Assembly (NCBI GenBank): GCA_030427685.1
Contig: JAUIBB010000001.1
Span: 1-53,257 of the forward strand
Length of the DNA: 53,257 nt
Direction of reading: 5' to 3'
From: Alphaproteobacteria bacterium
GTDB lineage: Bacteria; Pseudomonadota; Alphaproteobacteria; Rickettsiales; UBA3002
Below, piece by piece: positions 18,876-28,327 of this stretch. The notes under the pieces are model-generated. The model was not told the DNA's origin. It did not search any database and worked only from the letters and a program-made list of their open reading frames with translations. Numbering within the stretch: the stretch's first letter is position 1; every line of letters starts with the position of its first letter. Position numbers and translations under genes: made by a program.

Positions 18876-20135
18876 TTAGGAATTCATTCGGTTAAAGAAT
18901 TCGTCGTTGCTCTTGGTGTCCTTCATTTTGTCGATGAGGAACTCCATCGCATCCATTGGCCCCATTGGGTTGAGGATTTTGCGCAGCATCCAGACTTTCG
19001 CAAGGTCGCCTTTTTCGTAGAGCAGGTCTTCCTTACGCGTACCGGACTTGGTAATGTCCATCGCCGGGAAGACGCGCTTGTCGGAGAGCTTACGATCCAG
19101 CACGATCTCAGAGTTGCCGGTTCCTTTGAATTCCTCGAAGATCACCTCATCCATCCGCGAGCCGGTCTCGATCAGCGCGGTAGCAATGATGGTCAGCGAG
19201 CCGCCGAATTCGATATTCCGCGCCGCACCGAAGAAGCGCTTCGGACGCTGCAATGCGTTGGCATCCACACCCCCGGTCAGCACTTTACCCGATGACGGCA
19301 CCACGGTGTTGTAGGCACGGCCCAGACGGGTGATGGAATCGAGCAGGATCACGACATCCTTTTTATGTTCTACCAGCCGCTTGGCTTTTTCGATCACCAT
19401 TTCAGCCAGTTGCACGTGGCGGGTCGCAGGCTCATCGAAGGTCGAGCTGACCACTTCACCCTTCACGCTACGCGCCATGTCGGTCACCTCCTCGGGGCGC
19501 TCATCAATCAGCAGCACCATGAGGTAACATTCTGGATGGTTAGTGGTAATCGCATGCGCAATATTCTGCATCACGACCGTTTTACCGGTGCGCGGCGGCG
19601 CAACAATCAATGTCCGCTGCCCCTTACCCTGTGGGGCGACTAGGTCGATCACCCGCTTGGTCATGTCGTCTTTTTTGGTGGGGTCGAGATATTCCATTTT
19701 CAGGCGCTGCTCTGGATAAAGCGGCGTCAGGTTCTCAAACGCAAGACGGTGGCGAAGGCTCTCAACCGGCTCAAAATTCACCTGCTTTACTTCTGCAATG
19801 GCAAAATAGCGTTCTTCGTTTTTCGGTGCGCGCAACACGCCTTCGACCGTATCGCCGGTACGCAGGCCAAGGCGTTTTACAATCGCCGTCGGCACATAAA
19901 TGTCATCGGGACCGGCAAGGTAGTTTGCTTCCGGATAGCGCAGGAAGCCAAACCCGTCCTGCAATACCTCAATCACCCCTTCACCGGTGATCTCGGTGCC
20001 ATCTTCCGCCATTTTTTTCAGGATGGTAAAGACCATCTCCTGCTTGAGCAACTGGCTCGGATTCTCAATCCCCATGCTCTCCGCCATTTCAAGCAGCTCA
20101 TTAGGTTTCTTGCGTTTGATGTCTTGCAGTTTCAT
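18876..20135 (-). CDS. rho: Transcription termination factor Rho
   Basis: [20 protein letters not shown]-terminus, RNA-binding GFGFLR, Walker A PPRTGKT, and a typical 419-aa length. Confidence 0.96.
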   Translation of the reverse strand: MKLQDIKRKKPNELLEMAESMGIENPSQLLKQEMVFTILKKMAEDGTEITGEGVIEVLQDGFGFLRYPEANYLAGPDDIYVPTAIVKRLGLRTGDTVEGVLRAPKNEERYFAIAEVKQVNFEPVESLRHRLAFENLTPLYPEQRLKMEYLDPTKKDDMTKRVIDLVAPQGKGQRTLIVAPPRTGKTVVMQNIAHAITTNHPECYLMVLLIDERPEEVTDMARSVKGEVVSSTFDEPATRHVQLAEMVIEKAKRLVEHKKDVVILLDSITRLGRAYNTVVPSSGKVLTGGVDANALQRPKRFFGAARNIEFGGSLTIIATALIETGSRMDEVIFEEFKGTGNSEIVLDRKLSDKRVFPAMDITKSGTRKEDLLYEKGDLAKVWMLRKILNPMGPMDAMEFLIDKMKDTKSNDEFFNRMNS

Positions 20136-20301
20136 GCACACTCCGTGTGGGGATAAATAAGATAAGGGGGCGGAAAATCTGTCGCGCAAAAGCAGAGGCG
20201 CTGGTGCGCCGCGCGGCCAGAAGCTTCGAACGAAGCAGCCCCAGTTATAGCGATTTATGCAATAAGGTCAAGTGGATTTAATGATCTCAGCGCTTTCTGA
20301 A

Positions 20302-20733
20302 CTAAAACGGCTTGAATACCACCAACACCACAATAGCCATAAATACCAGCGTGACCATCTCATTGATTATTTTATAAAAACGGGCACTTCTTGGGCGTTC
20401 ATCCCGTGCGAGTTTTTTACGCGTTCTTGCAAAAAATCCGTGCAGTCCGGCCAACACCAGTACCAGCGCGAATTTTGCATCGAACCAGTGCAGGGGACGC
20501 CCAAAGTCTGTTTGTGCCAACAGCCATCCGCCAAACACGAAGGTCAGGATCATTGCCGGATTGATAATCACGCGCAACAGGCGCCGCTCCATGATTTTAA
20601 ACTGCTCCGACAGGTCAGACCCAACCGCGGCATCCGCATGATAGGCAAACAGACGCGGCAGGTAAAACATGCCGGCCATCCATGCCGTCATGCTGATAAT
20701 ATGAAGTGTTTTAGCAAGAAAATACAGATTCAT
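20302..20733 (-). CDS. hemJ: Protoporphyrinogen IX oxidase, HemJ type (UPF0093)
   Basis: 143-aa 4-TM protein. LHIISMTAWMAGMFYLPRLFAYH ... FKIMERRL ... NEM ... KPF matches the HemJ pattern. Adjacent to hemH and hemE. Confidence 0.8.
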   Translation of the reverse strand: MNLYFLAKTLHIISMTAWMAGMFYLPRLFAYHADAAVGSDLSEQFKIMERRLLRVIINPAMILTFVFGGWLLAQTDFGRPLHWFDAKFALVLVLAGLHGFFARTRKKLARDERPRSARFYKIINEMVTLVFMAIVVLVVFKPF

Positions 20734-20765
20734 ACGTCACTCTTTCAAAATCTTTTTAAATTCTG

Positions 20766-21818
20766 TTATCGGCAGCCGCAGCGTTTCCATTCTTTTCCGC
20801 ACATGCGCCAGCCCGTGTCAGAGGTCGTTTTTTCTTCCGTGGCACGTAGGCACATATCAGAAAGAGCCGCAATAAAATGCGCATGGGTTGAGACTGTCGG
20901 CACGCGGTAATAGTGGTTAATTCCATGTTCATAGGCGAGTTCAGCATATTCGATATCAAGCTCGACCAGCGTTTCAGAATGTTCCGAAACAAACGAGATA
21001 GGCACCAATACCACGGGGCGACCATCTTTTCCTGCACGCTCTAATTCATCGGTGGTAGAGGGGCCGATCCATTTCATTGGCCCGACGCGTGATTGATAGC
21101 AATTGACATAATCCGCCCCGGCAATCCCCAGAGCCTGCATAATGGCTTCTGTAGAGGCCTCGATCTGTGACTGGTAGGGATCTCCTTTGCGAATGATTTT
21201 TTCTGGTAGCCCATGCGCTGAAAACAGGATGCGCGGCGTTCCAAATCCCTCTGCTTCTTTGTAGTAGGTGCGCAACAACTGTGCCTGTGCCTTGATATAA
21301 TCCGGCTGGGTTGCATAGCAACAAACCGCACTGGTTGGGACATTCAGACCTTCTGCAGCAGCGAGCTGTTTCCATTCAGCCAGCGAAGATCCTGTCGTTG
21401 TTGTTGAAAATTGCGGATAAAGTGGCAGCAAAATAACATGATCGGGATTGTAATTTTTTACCTCTTTTACCACGTCTTCTGCGCGTGGATGCCAATAGCG
21501 CATGGCGATAAAAACTTCTACCTTGCCGTGGCCGCTCAAGCTCGACTGAAGTGCCGTTGCCTGAAGCTGGGTATTTTCAAAAATCGGGGATTTTCCACCC
21601 AATTCTTCATAAATTCCCTGTGCGATCGGCGCTCTCCGACGCGAAATAAACGATGCTAACATGCCACGAAACGGCCAGGGCAACCCGATAATCGCAGGGT
21701 CATTAAACAGGTTATACAAAAACGGCTGCACGGCTTCCGGTGTATCCGGGCCACCCAGGTTAAACAGCACAATCGCTGTTTTTGTGTGCGGAGAAATAAA
21801 GGGCATCAGCGCCGCCAT
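20766..21818 (-). CDS. hemH: Ferrochelatase with Cys-rich C-terminal tail
   Basis: LFNLGGPD, PFLYNLFNDP, LPLYPQFS and SAHGLP motifs. The alternative ATG at 21806 overlaps the hemE stop as TGATG. Confidence 0.92.
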   Translation of the reverse strand: MAALMPFISPHTKTAIVLFNLGGPDTPEAVQPFLYNLFNDPAIIGLPWPFRGMLASFISRRRAPIAQGIYEELGGKSPIFENTQLQATALQSSLSGHGKVEVFIAMRYWHPRAEDVVKEVKNYNPDHVILLPLYPQFSTTTTGSSLAEWKQLAAAEGLNVPTSAVCCYATQPDYIKAQAQLLRTYYKEAEGFGTPRILFSAHGLPEKIIRKGDPYQSQIEASTEAIMQALGIAGADYVNCYQSRVGPMKWIGPSTTDELERAGKDGRPVVLVPISFVSEHSETLVELDIEYAELAYEHGINHYYRVPTVSTHAHFIAALSDMCLRATEEKTTSDTGWRMCGKEWKRCGCR

Positions 21819-22846
21819 GCCCGGACGAACTCTGAAACCGCTTCGACATTTTCAATCGGTGTTTCAGGAATAAATCCATGGCCAACGTTAAACACGGCAG
21901 GCATATTACCAAGACTTTTTAAAATGGCTTCGGTCTGTCGCAAGGCTTCATCGCGATCGAACGCCATCAGCAGTGGATCAAGGTTTCCCTGTACCGTCTG
22001 AAGTGGGTTGGTGCGGCAATGCAATGCAAATTCCATCGAAGTTTGCTGGTCAACGCCAATACAATTAACGCCGGTTTGCTGAGCATAGGGTTTAAGTTGC
22101 AATGCAGCCCCTTTTGCAAAACCGATAATCGGAATATGCGGATGGGATTTATTCAGCGCTTCTACAATTTTTTGCGTCGGAGCCGTTACCCATAACGCAA
22201 ACTGATCCGGCGTCAGCAACCCAGCCCAACTGTCAAAAATCTGGATAGCTTCTGCGCCGGCATCGATCTGCATGCGCAGGTAATCAATCGTTGCTTCCGT
22301 CAAGGTATCGATCAATCGCTGCATGAGACGTGGCTCACGAATGGCAAAGGCACGTGCAGCAGCAAACTCTTTACCAGAGCGCCCCTGAAGCATGTAGCAA
22401 GCAACTGTCCATGGCCCACCTGCAAAGCCAATAAGCGTTGCTTCCTCTGGCAGGCTTTCTTTTACCAGCCGTACGGTCTCTGCAACCGGTGCAAGTTTTG
22501 TTCGTACGGTTGAAAGATCGAGAGCCATGATTTTTTCACGCGTGTCGCAAACCTCGACGATTGGCCCCTCACCTTCTGCAAAGGCAACATTGGCACCAAG
22601 ACCGTGAGGAATAACCAGAATGTCTGAAAACAAAATAGCACCATCCATATGGAAGCGCCGTAAGGGCTGTAAGGTAACTTCCGCTGCCTTCTCAGGCGTG
22701 AAGCATAAATCAAGGAATCCCTTCGTGCTGGCACGTACGCGCTTATATTCAGGAAGGTAGCGACCTGCCTGACGCATAAACCAAAATGGAACCCGTTCGC
22801 CTGCGATACCTTTCAGCGCGGCAATGAGGATTTTTTCCTTGGACAT
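21806..22846 (-). CDS. hemE: Uroporphyrinogen decarboxylase
   Basis: PFWFMRQAGRYLPEY signature close to the ATG at 22846. The 384-aa ORF extension runs into the AT-rich spacer. Confidence 0.94.
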   Translation of the reverse strand: MSKEKILIAALKGIAGERVPFWFMRQAGRYLPEYKRVRASTKGFLDLCFTPEKAAEVTLQPLRRFHMDGAILFSDILVIPHGLGANVAFAEGEGPIVEVCDTREKIMALDLSTVRTKLAPVAETVRLVKESLPEEATLIGFAGGPWTVACYMLQGRSGKEFAAARAFAIREPRLMQRLIDTLTEATIDYLRMQIDAGAEAIQIFDSWAGLLTPDQFALWVTAPTQKIVEALNKSHPHIPIIGFAKGAALQLKPYAQQTGVNCIGVDQQTSMEFALHCRTNPLQTVQGNLDPLLMAFDRDEALRQTEAILKSLGNMPAVFNVGHGFIPETPIENVEAVSEFVRAWRR

Positions 22847-23071
22847 CGAGTTATCCTTTTCCCTTCTTATACTTAAAGAATATAAATAAGAATGATAGTG
22901 AAGGTAGTAGGTAGGGGGTACAGCGGGGATTCTTTTCCCATACAGATAGATCCCCGTCAATGTACCGAATTCTTCTTACCTAGCACCCTCATGACAACTT
23001 TGTCGATGAGTGTTGTAACCGCACAAAAAATAAAAAGAGTTTCTTTTTTGCTAAGAGCGGTAAAAACAATT

Positions 23072-23080
23072 CTATCCCCA
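23072..23080 (+). promoter_or_regulatory. DnaA-box-like 9-mer CTATCCCCA (7/9 to TTATCCACA)
   Basis: Read directly from the sequence. Shares the TATCCCC core with the two other copies. Confidence 0.35.
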
Positions 23081-23126
23081 GTTATCACAGTTCAAATGGA
23101 ACAATCCAAAGAACATGGGACGAGTA

Positions 23127-23135
23127 TGGGGATAT
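23127..23135 (-). promoter_or_regulatory. DnaA-box-like 9-mer ATATCCCCA (7/9)
   Basis: + strand TGGGGATAT. Confidence 0.35.
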
Positions 23136-23177
23136 CAAAGAAGCGAATGCTGGCAACTTTCGACTATTCGCGATAGA

Positions 23178-23186
23178 GGGGGATAA
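23178..23186 (-). promoter_or_regulatory. DnaA-box-like 9-mer TTATCCCCC (7/9)
   Basis: + strand GGGGGATAA. Confidence 0.35.
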
Positions 23187-23205
23187 CCCCAAATTCATGC
23201 ACCGG

Positions 23206-23214
23206 TTTTCCACA
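23206..23214 (+). promoter_or_regulatory. DnaA-box-like 9-mer TTTTCCACA (8/9)
   Basis: Best match to TTATCCACA in the spacer, 17 nt upstream of the DUF299 start codon. Confidence 0.45.
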
Positions 23215-23230
23215 CCCCTTTGAAGGCTCG

Positions 23231-24118
23231 ATGAAACGCTTCCATCTCCATCTTGTTTCTGACTCAACCGGCGAGACGGTTTCCAGCGTCGCGCGTGCCA
23301 GCCTTGTGCAATTCGACCATGTTGCGGCAGAAGAGCATGTCTGGTCGCTGGTAAGAACCAAAGGGCAGTTGGAAAAGATGATCGCCAACCTCGATACCCA
23401 TCCGGGCATGGTTCTGTTTACGCTTATTGACCCTGAAATGCGCGAGATATTACGACAAGCCTGTGGAAAGCGCGGCCTTCCCTGCATTTCTGTGCTGGGC
23501 CATACGATTCGTGAATTTGCCAATTACCTCGATCAGGAAGCCTCCGGCAATGCTGGCGCACAATATGAACTGTCCGAAGATTATTTTGCGCGGATGGAGG
23601 CAATCAACTTTGCCCTTGAGCATGACGACGGACAGGCAACCTGGCAGTTAGAGCAGGCAGATATTGTCATTGTCGGCCCATCACGCACCAGTAAATCGCC
23701 TACCTGTATTTACCTTGCCTATCGCGGATATAAAGCAGCGAACGTGCCGTATGTTCCTAACTGCCCACTGCCAGACAACCTTACCAATCTGAAGCAACCG
23801 CTGGTGGTCGGGCTGACCATCGGGCAGGAACGGCTGATTGATATCCGCCTGACGCGGATGGCTGCCATGAATCAGGAAGCGCGCACCGACTATGTAAATG
23901 AAGAGCGCGTACGCGAGGAAATCGACGCGTCTAAAAAATTATTTCGCGGACAAGGCTGGCCGGTGATAGATGTTACCCGTCGCTCGGTCGAGGAAACCGC
24001 AACGCTCATTATCCAATACCGTCAGCGTCAGGTCGATAAGCGCCGTGCGGCAACAGAAGTCGATGCAGCGGCAGACATTACGCTGGAAGATATTAACCAC
24101 CTGAATCGGACAGAATAA
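23231..24118 (+). CDS. DUF299 kinase/pyrophosphorylase (pyruvate phosphate dikinase / PEP synthase regulatory protein family)
   Basis: MKRFHLHLVSDSTGETV N-terminus and the P-loop-like GPSRTSKSPT, both typical of the PDRP/PpsR family. Confidence 0.85.
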   Translation: MKRFHLHLVSDSTGETVSSVARASLVQFDHVAAEEHVWSLVRTKGQLEKMIANLDTHPGMVLFTLIDPEMREILRQACGKRGLPCISVLGHTIREFANYLDQEASGNAGAQYELSEDYFARMEAINFALEHDDGQATWQLEQADIVIVGPSRTSKSPTCIYLAYRGYKAANVPYVPNCPLPDNLTNLKQPLVVGLTIGQERLIDIRLTRMAAMNQEARTDYVNEERVREEIDASKKLFRGQGWPVIDVTRRSVEETATLIIQYRQRQVDKRRAATEVDAAADITLEDINHLNRTE

Positions 24119-24121
24119 AAC

Positions 24122-24952
24122 ATGACGACCATTACCGGACTGATCGGCTACCCCACGTCGCACTCACTAAGCCCACGCATCCATAGTTACTGGATTGCGC
24201 AATATGCGATCGCGGCGGAATACAAACTGTTCACCACTAAACCATCGCGGTTGCGTCAGACCATCGGGCATATGCGCAGCAAAAATTGGCGGGGAGTCAA
24301 CGTCACCATTCCGCACAAACAGGAAGTGATGAACCATGTGGATCAGTATGATGCCACTGCACAGCGTATCGGTGCTATCAATACCATCATCAACGATAAC
24401 GGGGTGCTGACCGGCACCAATACCGATGCGTACGGCTTCATCACCAACCTGCGTGAAGGGCTGGGCGATCTTACCCCCTACCTCAAAAACGTCATGCTGC
24501 TGGGGGCCGGCGGTGCAACCCGTGCGGCCATCGTCGCCCTTCAGGATGCAGGCGCAACATCCATCACGCTTATTAACCGTACCGAAGAAACCGCGAAAGC
24601 GCTGGCCGATAAATTCAACATCGCCGCACTGCCATGGGAAGTACGAAACGAAGCGCTGAGCGAAGCAACGTTGCTCGTCAACACCACCAGTTTGGGTATG
24701 CAAGGACAAGATGCGCTTGACCTGACGCTGGATGCACTTCCCGTCACGGCGGCTGTCCACGATATTGTCTATGCGCCGCTTGAAACCGAGCTGCTCAGGA
24801 AAGCCCGCGCGCGCAACCACCCTACCGTAGATGGGGTTGGCATGCTGCTTTATCAGGCGCAACATGCCTTCAGTCAATGGCATGGCATTACGCCCGAAGT
24901 CACTCCCGCCCTGCGCGCCCACGTACTGGCCGAAGCGATGGAAGCAGCATAA
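24122..24952 (+). CDS. aroE: Shikimate dehydrogenase
   Basis: GLIGYPTSHSLSPRIH, NVTIPHK, NTD..G and GAGGA Rossmann motifs. Confidence 0.9.
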   Translation: MTTITGLIGYPTSHSLSPRIHSYWIAQYAIAAEYKLFTTKPSRLRQTIGHMRSKNWRGVNVTIPHKQEVMNHVDQYDATAQRIGAINTIINDNGVLTGTNTDAYGFITNLREGLGDLTPYLKNVMLLGAGGATRAAIVALQDAGATSITLINRTEETAKALADKFNIAALPWEVRNEALSEATLLVNTTSLGMQGQDALDLTLDALPVTAAVHDIVYAPLETELLRKARARNHPTVDGVGMLLYQAQHAFSQWHGITPEVTPALRAHVLAEAMEAA

Positions 24953-25041
24953 ACGCTCGAACCATCGGCGGCAGACACGCGGCTTTTTCTACTAAGCACA
25001 AAATGCTGGCGATGCGCCGGGTATGCGGTTAACACTATCGC

Positions 25042-25752
25042 ATGCGTGAAATTGTCCTTGATACCGAGACTACGGGTCTCGACCCCCATTCCGGACACCG
25101 GCTGGTAGAGATAGGCTGTGTCGAGTTGCATAGCCACATTCGCACCGGAAACCATTTTCACACTTACCTGAACCCTGAGCGCGACATGCCGCGTGAGGCC
25201 GAAAACATCCACGGCCTTTCCGCCGAGTTCCTGAAAGACAAGCCGTTGTTTAAAACCGTGGCGCGCTCGTTTCTCGAATTCATCGGGAATTCACCGCTGG
25301 TGATCCACAATGCCGGGTTTGACCTGAAATTCCTGAATGCAGAACTCGATACGTTGGGGCTCCCGCTGATTGATTTCGAGCGCGCGACCGATACAGTGCT
25401 GATTGCGCGCAAAATGTTTCCCGGCTCCCCGGCGAACCTCGATGCGCTCTGCAAGCGCTTCAGCATCGACCTCACCAGCCGCACCAAGCACGGCGCCCTG
25501 CTCGATGCCGAACTGCTTGCCGATGTATATCTCGAACTGAAAGGAGGCCGTCAGGCCAGCCTGATGGTCGAGCCGTCATCCTCCGATATCGCGGGTGCCG
25601 ACGGACAGGGCAGCGACTCCACCGCCATTGGCTTTACCGGCCATACCGATATCCCCCTGCGTGAATTCCCGCCCACCAGCGAAGAACTCGCCGCCCACCA
25701 GAACATGCGCAGCAAAATCAAAAATGCCATCTGGGCAGAGGAAGAGGCCTAG
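25042..25752 (+). CDS. dnaQ: DNA polymerase III subunit epsilon (3'-5' proofreading exonuclease)
   Basis: Exo I REIVLDTETTGLD, Exo II VIHNAGFDLKFL, Exo III HGALLDAELLADVY. Confidence 0.92.
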   Translation: MREIVLDTETTGLDPHSGHRLVEIGCVELHSHIRTGNHFHTYLNPERDMPREAENIHGLSAEFLKDKPLFKTVARSFLEFIGNSPLVIHNAGFDLKFLNAELDTLGLPLIDFERATDTVLIARKMFPGSPANLDALCKRFSIDLTSRTKHGALLDAELLADVYLELKGGRQASLMVEPSSSDIAGADGQGSDSTAIGFTGHTDIPLREFPPTSEELAAHQNMRSKIKNAIWAEEEA

Positions 25753-26054
25753 CCCCTCCGTACGCCGAATTTATCTCCACAAAAGATAAATAAAGAATGC
25801 AAATCAACAAGATGCTAATTTAACCGAACCGTCCACACGGGGTGCCTGAAATAAGTTATAAAGAAGAGATTTTGCGTTTTTTTATACGATAGCAATCACT
25901 TCCTTCATCCGGCCAAAAAGCGGCATATACATTTGGAGGAGGGACTTATTCAGAACATTGCTGGTCCTATGGATATATGGGTCAATGGAATTTAAGCATG
26001 TTGAAATAGGCTTGCATGCCATGACAACAAATCCCCGTCAAAAATTCCCGTCAG

Positions 26055-26087
26055 GTCGTCACGTCGCAAGATGTGGCGGCCTTTTTT
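26055..26087 (+). terminator. Orphan Rho-independent terminator-like hairpin
   Basis: GTCGTCAC-N10-GTGGCGGC (8 bp including two G.U pairs), followed by C and six T. Lies 300 nt downstream of dnaQ and upstream of the atp promoter. Confidence 0.5.
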
Positions 26088-26115
26088 AGCAAAAAGCTCC
26101 TCCCAAAAAAACCAC

Positions 26116-26143
26116 TTGCATCCCGCGTCCCCTGCCCATAGAT
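26116..26143 (+). promoter_or_regulatory. Candidate sigma70-type promoter of the atpHAGDC operon
   Basis: TTGCAT - 16 nt - ATAGAT, about 65 nt upstream of the atpH start. Pattern match only. Confidence 0.3.
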
Positions 26144-26209
26144 TCCGCGCGCAAAAGGGGCTGATGCTATCAGCACGCGTAAAAAACACTAACAAACACA
26201 CGGGATTCC

Positions 26210-26773
26210 TTGGCTACAAACCATACAGACGCATTACTCATCGCTCGCCGCTACGCGACCGCTATCTTCGCTGAGGCGCTGGAAGCGGGCAAAGAAGACA
26301 CCATCGTGGCCGAGCTGACAGCGCTGGCAGCAGCAGTGCGCGAAAACACGCCCCTGCGCGTCGCGCTAAACAGCCCGCTGGTCAGCCGCGACACGAAAGC
26401 CGACATTCTTACTACCCTTGCCGGAACGGGCGATGCTGTTGCGTTGCGTGCCTTGGGTGTTCTGGCTGAAGGTGGCCGCGCACAATTGCTTCCGGAAGTG
26501 GCCGATATTTTGCAGCGTCAGCTGACCGCGCATCGCGGTGAACTGGTCGCAGTGGTCACCAGCGCTCGTCCCCTTTCCGACGCTATTCAGAAACAGCTCA
26601 GCGAAGCGCTTGCCCGTGCGACAGGGAAAACCGTTGCCATCAAACTGGTGCAGGACGAAGCAGTGTTGGGCGGCCTTTCCGTTCAGCTTGGTTCGCTGAA
26701 ACTCGATGCCACCCTCGCGGGTGCTTTAAACACGATGCGCACGCAAATGCTTGCGTCCGCTATTACCCATTAA
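26210..26773 (+). CDS. atpH: F1 ATP synthase subunit delta (OSCP)
   Basis: TTG start. LIARRYATAIFEAAL-type N-terminus. First gene of the F1 operon. Confidence 0.88.
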   Translation: MATNHTDALLIARRYATAIFAEALEAGKEDTIVAELTALAAAVRENTPLRVALNSPLVSRDTKADILTTLAGTGDAVALRALGVLAEGGRAQLLPEVADILQRQLTAHRGELVAVVTSARPLSDAIQKQLSEALARATGKTVAIKLVQDEAVLGGLSVQLGSLKLDATLAGALNTMRTQMLASAITH

Positions 26774-26791
26774 GGATATCAGGAGTCATTC

Positions 26792-28318
26792 ATGGAAATT
26801 CGGCCTTCAGAAATTTCAGACATTCTAAAAGCGCAGATCTCGGGTCTTGCCGACACGACGAGCATGGCCGAAGTGGGCCGCGTTGTTTCCGTCGGGGATG
26901 GGATTGCTACCGTCTACGGCCTGGAAAACGTACAGGCGGGTGAGATGGTCGAGTTCGATGGCGGCCTCAAAGGCATGGCGCTGAACCTTGAGACGGATTC
27001 CGTCGGGGTGGTAATTTTCGGTAGCGATACCGGCGTAAAAGAGGGCACCAGCGTTAAGCGTACCGGTGCGATTGTGGATGTGCCGGTTGGCCCTGAAATG
27101 CTGGGCCGCGTAGTAGATCCGCTGGGCAATCCAATCGATGGCAAAGGCCCAATCAAAACCAAAGAGCGTAGCCGCGTTGAAGTAAAAGCGCCCGGCATCG
27201 TTTACCGTAAATCGGTGCATGAGCCTGTGCAGACCGGCATTAAATCCATCGATGCCCTCGTCCCTGTTGGCCGTGGCCAGCGCGAGCTGATCATTGGTGA
27301 CCGCCAGACCGGTAAAACCGCGATTGCGATCGACACCATCCTCAACCAGAAAGCCGCCCACGAGAACGATGTCGATGGCAAAAAGCTGTTCTGCGTCTAT
27401 GTCGCGATTGGTCAAAAACGCTCGACCGTGGCGCAAGTGGTGAAAAAACTCGAAGAAACCGGCGCACTGAAATACACCATCGTGGTGGCGGCGACGGCGT
27501 CCGAGCCTGCGCCGTTGCAATACCTTGCGCCATATTCTGGCTGCGCGATGGGTGAGTGGTTCCGTGATAACGGTAAACACGCCCTCATCATTTACGATGA
27601 TTTGTCGAAGCAGGCGGTTGCCTATCGTCAGATGTCCCTGCTTCTTCGCCGCCCTCCAGGGCGCGAGGCCTATCCGGGCGATGTGTTCTACGTGCATTCC
27701 CGCCTGCTTGAGCGCGCAGCTAAGATGAGCGACGACAAGGGCGCAGGTTCCCTCACCGCGCTGCCCATCATTGAGACGCAGGCCGGTGACGTGTCGGCTT
27801 ATATTCCGACCAACGTGATCTCGATCACCGATGGCCAGATCTTCCTTGAGACCGAACTGTTCTACAAAGGCGTGCGCCCAGCGGTAAACGTCGGTCTGTC
27901 GGTATCGCGCGTGGGTTCCGCCGCTCAGGTAAAAGCGATGAAACAAGTCGCCGGTACCATTAAGCTCGACCTCGCCCAGTTCCGCGAGATGGAGGCCTTC
28001 GCCCAGTTCGGCTCCGACCTCGATGCGGCAACCCAAAAACTGCTTTCCCGTGGTCAGCGCCTGACCGAGCTGCTCAAGCAGCCGCAATACTCGCCGCTGC
28101 AAATGGAAGAGCAGGTCTGCGTGATTTACGCTGGGGTGAAGGGTCTGCTGGATGATCTGCCGATGAACCAGATCCGCACCTTCGAGGACGAACTGCTGCG
28201 CTCGCTGCGCACGGGCAAAACGCTGCTTGAAACCATCCGCAACGATGAAAAACTGACGGATGAGAGCGAAGCGGCCCTCAAAGAAGCCATTGCTGCTGTT
28301 AAAAAGCGTCTCGTCTAA
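26792..28318 (+). CDS. atpA: F1 ATP synthase subunit alpha
   Basis: Walker A GDRQTGKT and highly conserved alpha-subunit sequence throughout. Confidence 0.97.
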   Translation: MEIRPSEISDILKAQISGLADTTSMAEVGRVVSVGDGIATVYGLENVQAGEMVEFDGGLKGMALNLETDSVGVVIFGSDTGVKEGTSVKRTGAIVDVPVGPEMLGRVVDPLGNPIDGKGPIKTKERSRVEVKAPGIVYRKSVHEPVQTGIKSIDALVPVGRGQRELIIGDRQTGKTAIAIDTILNQKAAHENDVDGKKLFCVYVAIGQKRSTVAQVVKKLEETGALKYTIVVAATASEPAPLQYLAPYSGCAMGEWFRDNGKHALIIYDDLSKQAVAYRQMSLLLRRPPGREAYPGDVFYVHSRLLERAAKMSDDKGAGSLTALPIIETQAGDVSAYIPTNVISITDGQIFLETELFYKGVRPAVNVGLSVSRVGSAAQVKAMKQVAGTIKLDLAQFREMEAFAQFGSDLDAATQKLLSRGQRLTELLKQPQYSPLQMEEQVCVIYAGVKGLLDDLPMNQIRTFEDELLRSLRTGKTLLETIRNDEKLTDESEAALKEAIAAVKKRLV

Positions 28319-28327
28319 GGAACCCAC

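Larger units (their letters stand above)
22847..23230. other. Predicted chromosomal replication origin (oriC) in the hemE / DUF299 divergent spacer
   Basis: Matches the alphaproteobacterial hemE-ori-DUF299-aroE-dnaQ synteny. Coding strand switches here. AT-rich tracts lie at 22866-22900 (80% AT) and 23022-23072 (73% AT). Five ATCCCC/GGGGAT motifs and DnaA-box-like 9-mers are present. Confidence 0.6.

Noticed and set aside
23082-23090. TTATCACAG looks at first glance like a DnaA box.
   Set aside because: It matches TTATCCACA only if a base is deleted (5/9 in register), so it was not counted.
22892-23176. 94-aa + strand ORF inside the hemE/DUF299 spacer.
   Set aside because: AT-rich with atypical composition and no SD. 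It spans the motif-rich region interpreted as oriC.
25992-26201. 69-aa minus-strand ORF in the dnaQ-atpH spacer.
   Set aside because: Trp/Phe/Cys-rich with no SD. It overlaps the predicted atp promoter and the terminator hairpin.
26825-28327. 500-aa minus-strand ORF antisense to atpA.
   Set aside because: Shadow ORF of a very highly conserved gene, with a low-complexity Arg/Gly/His-rich translation.
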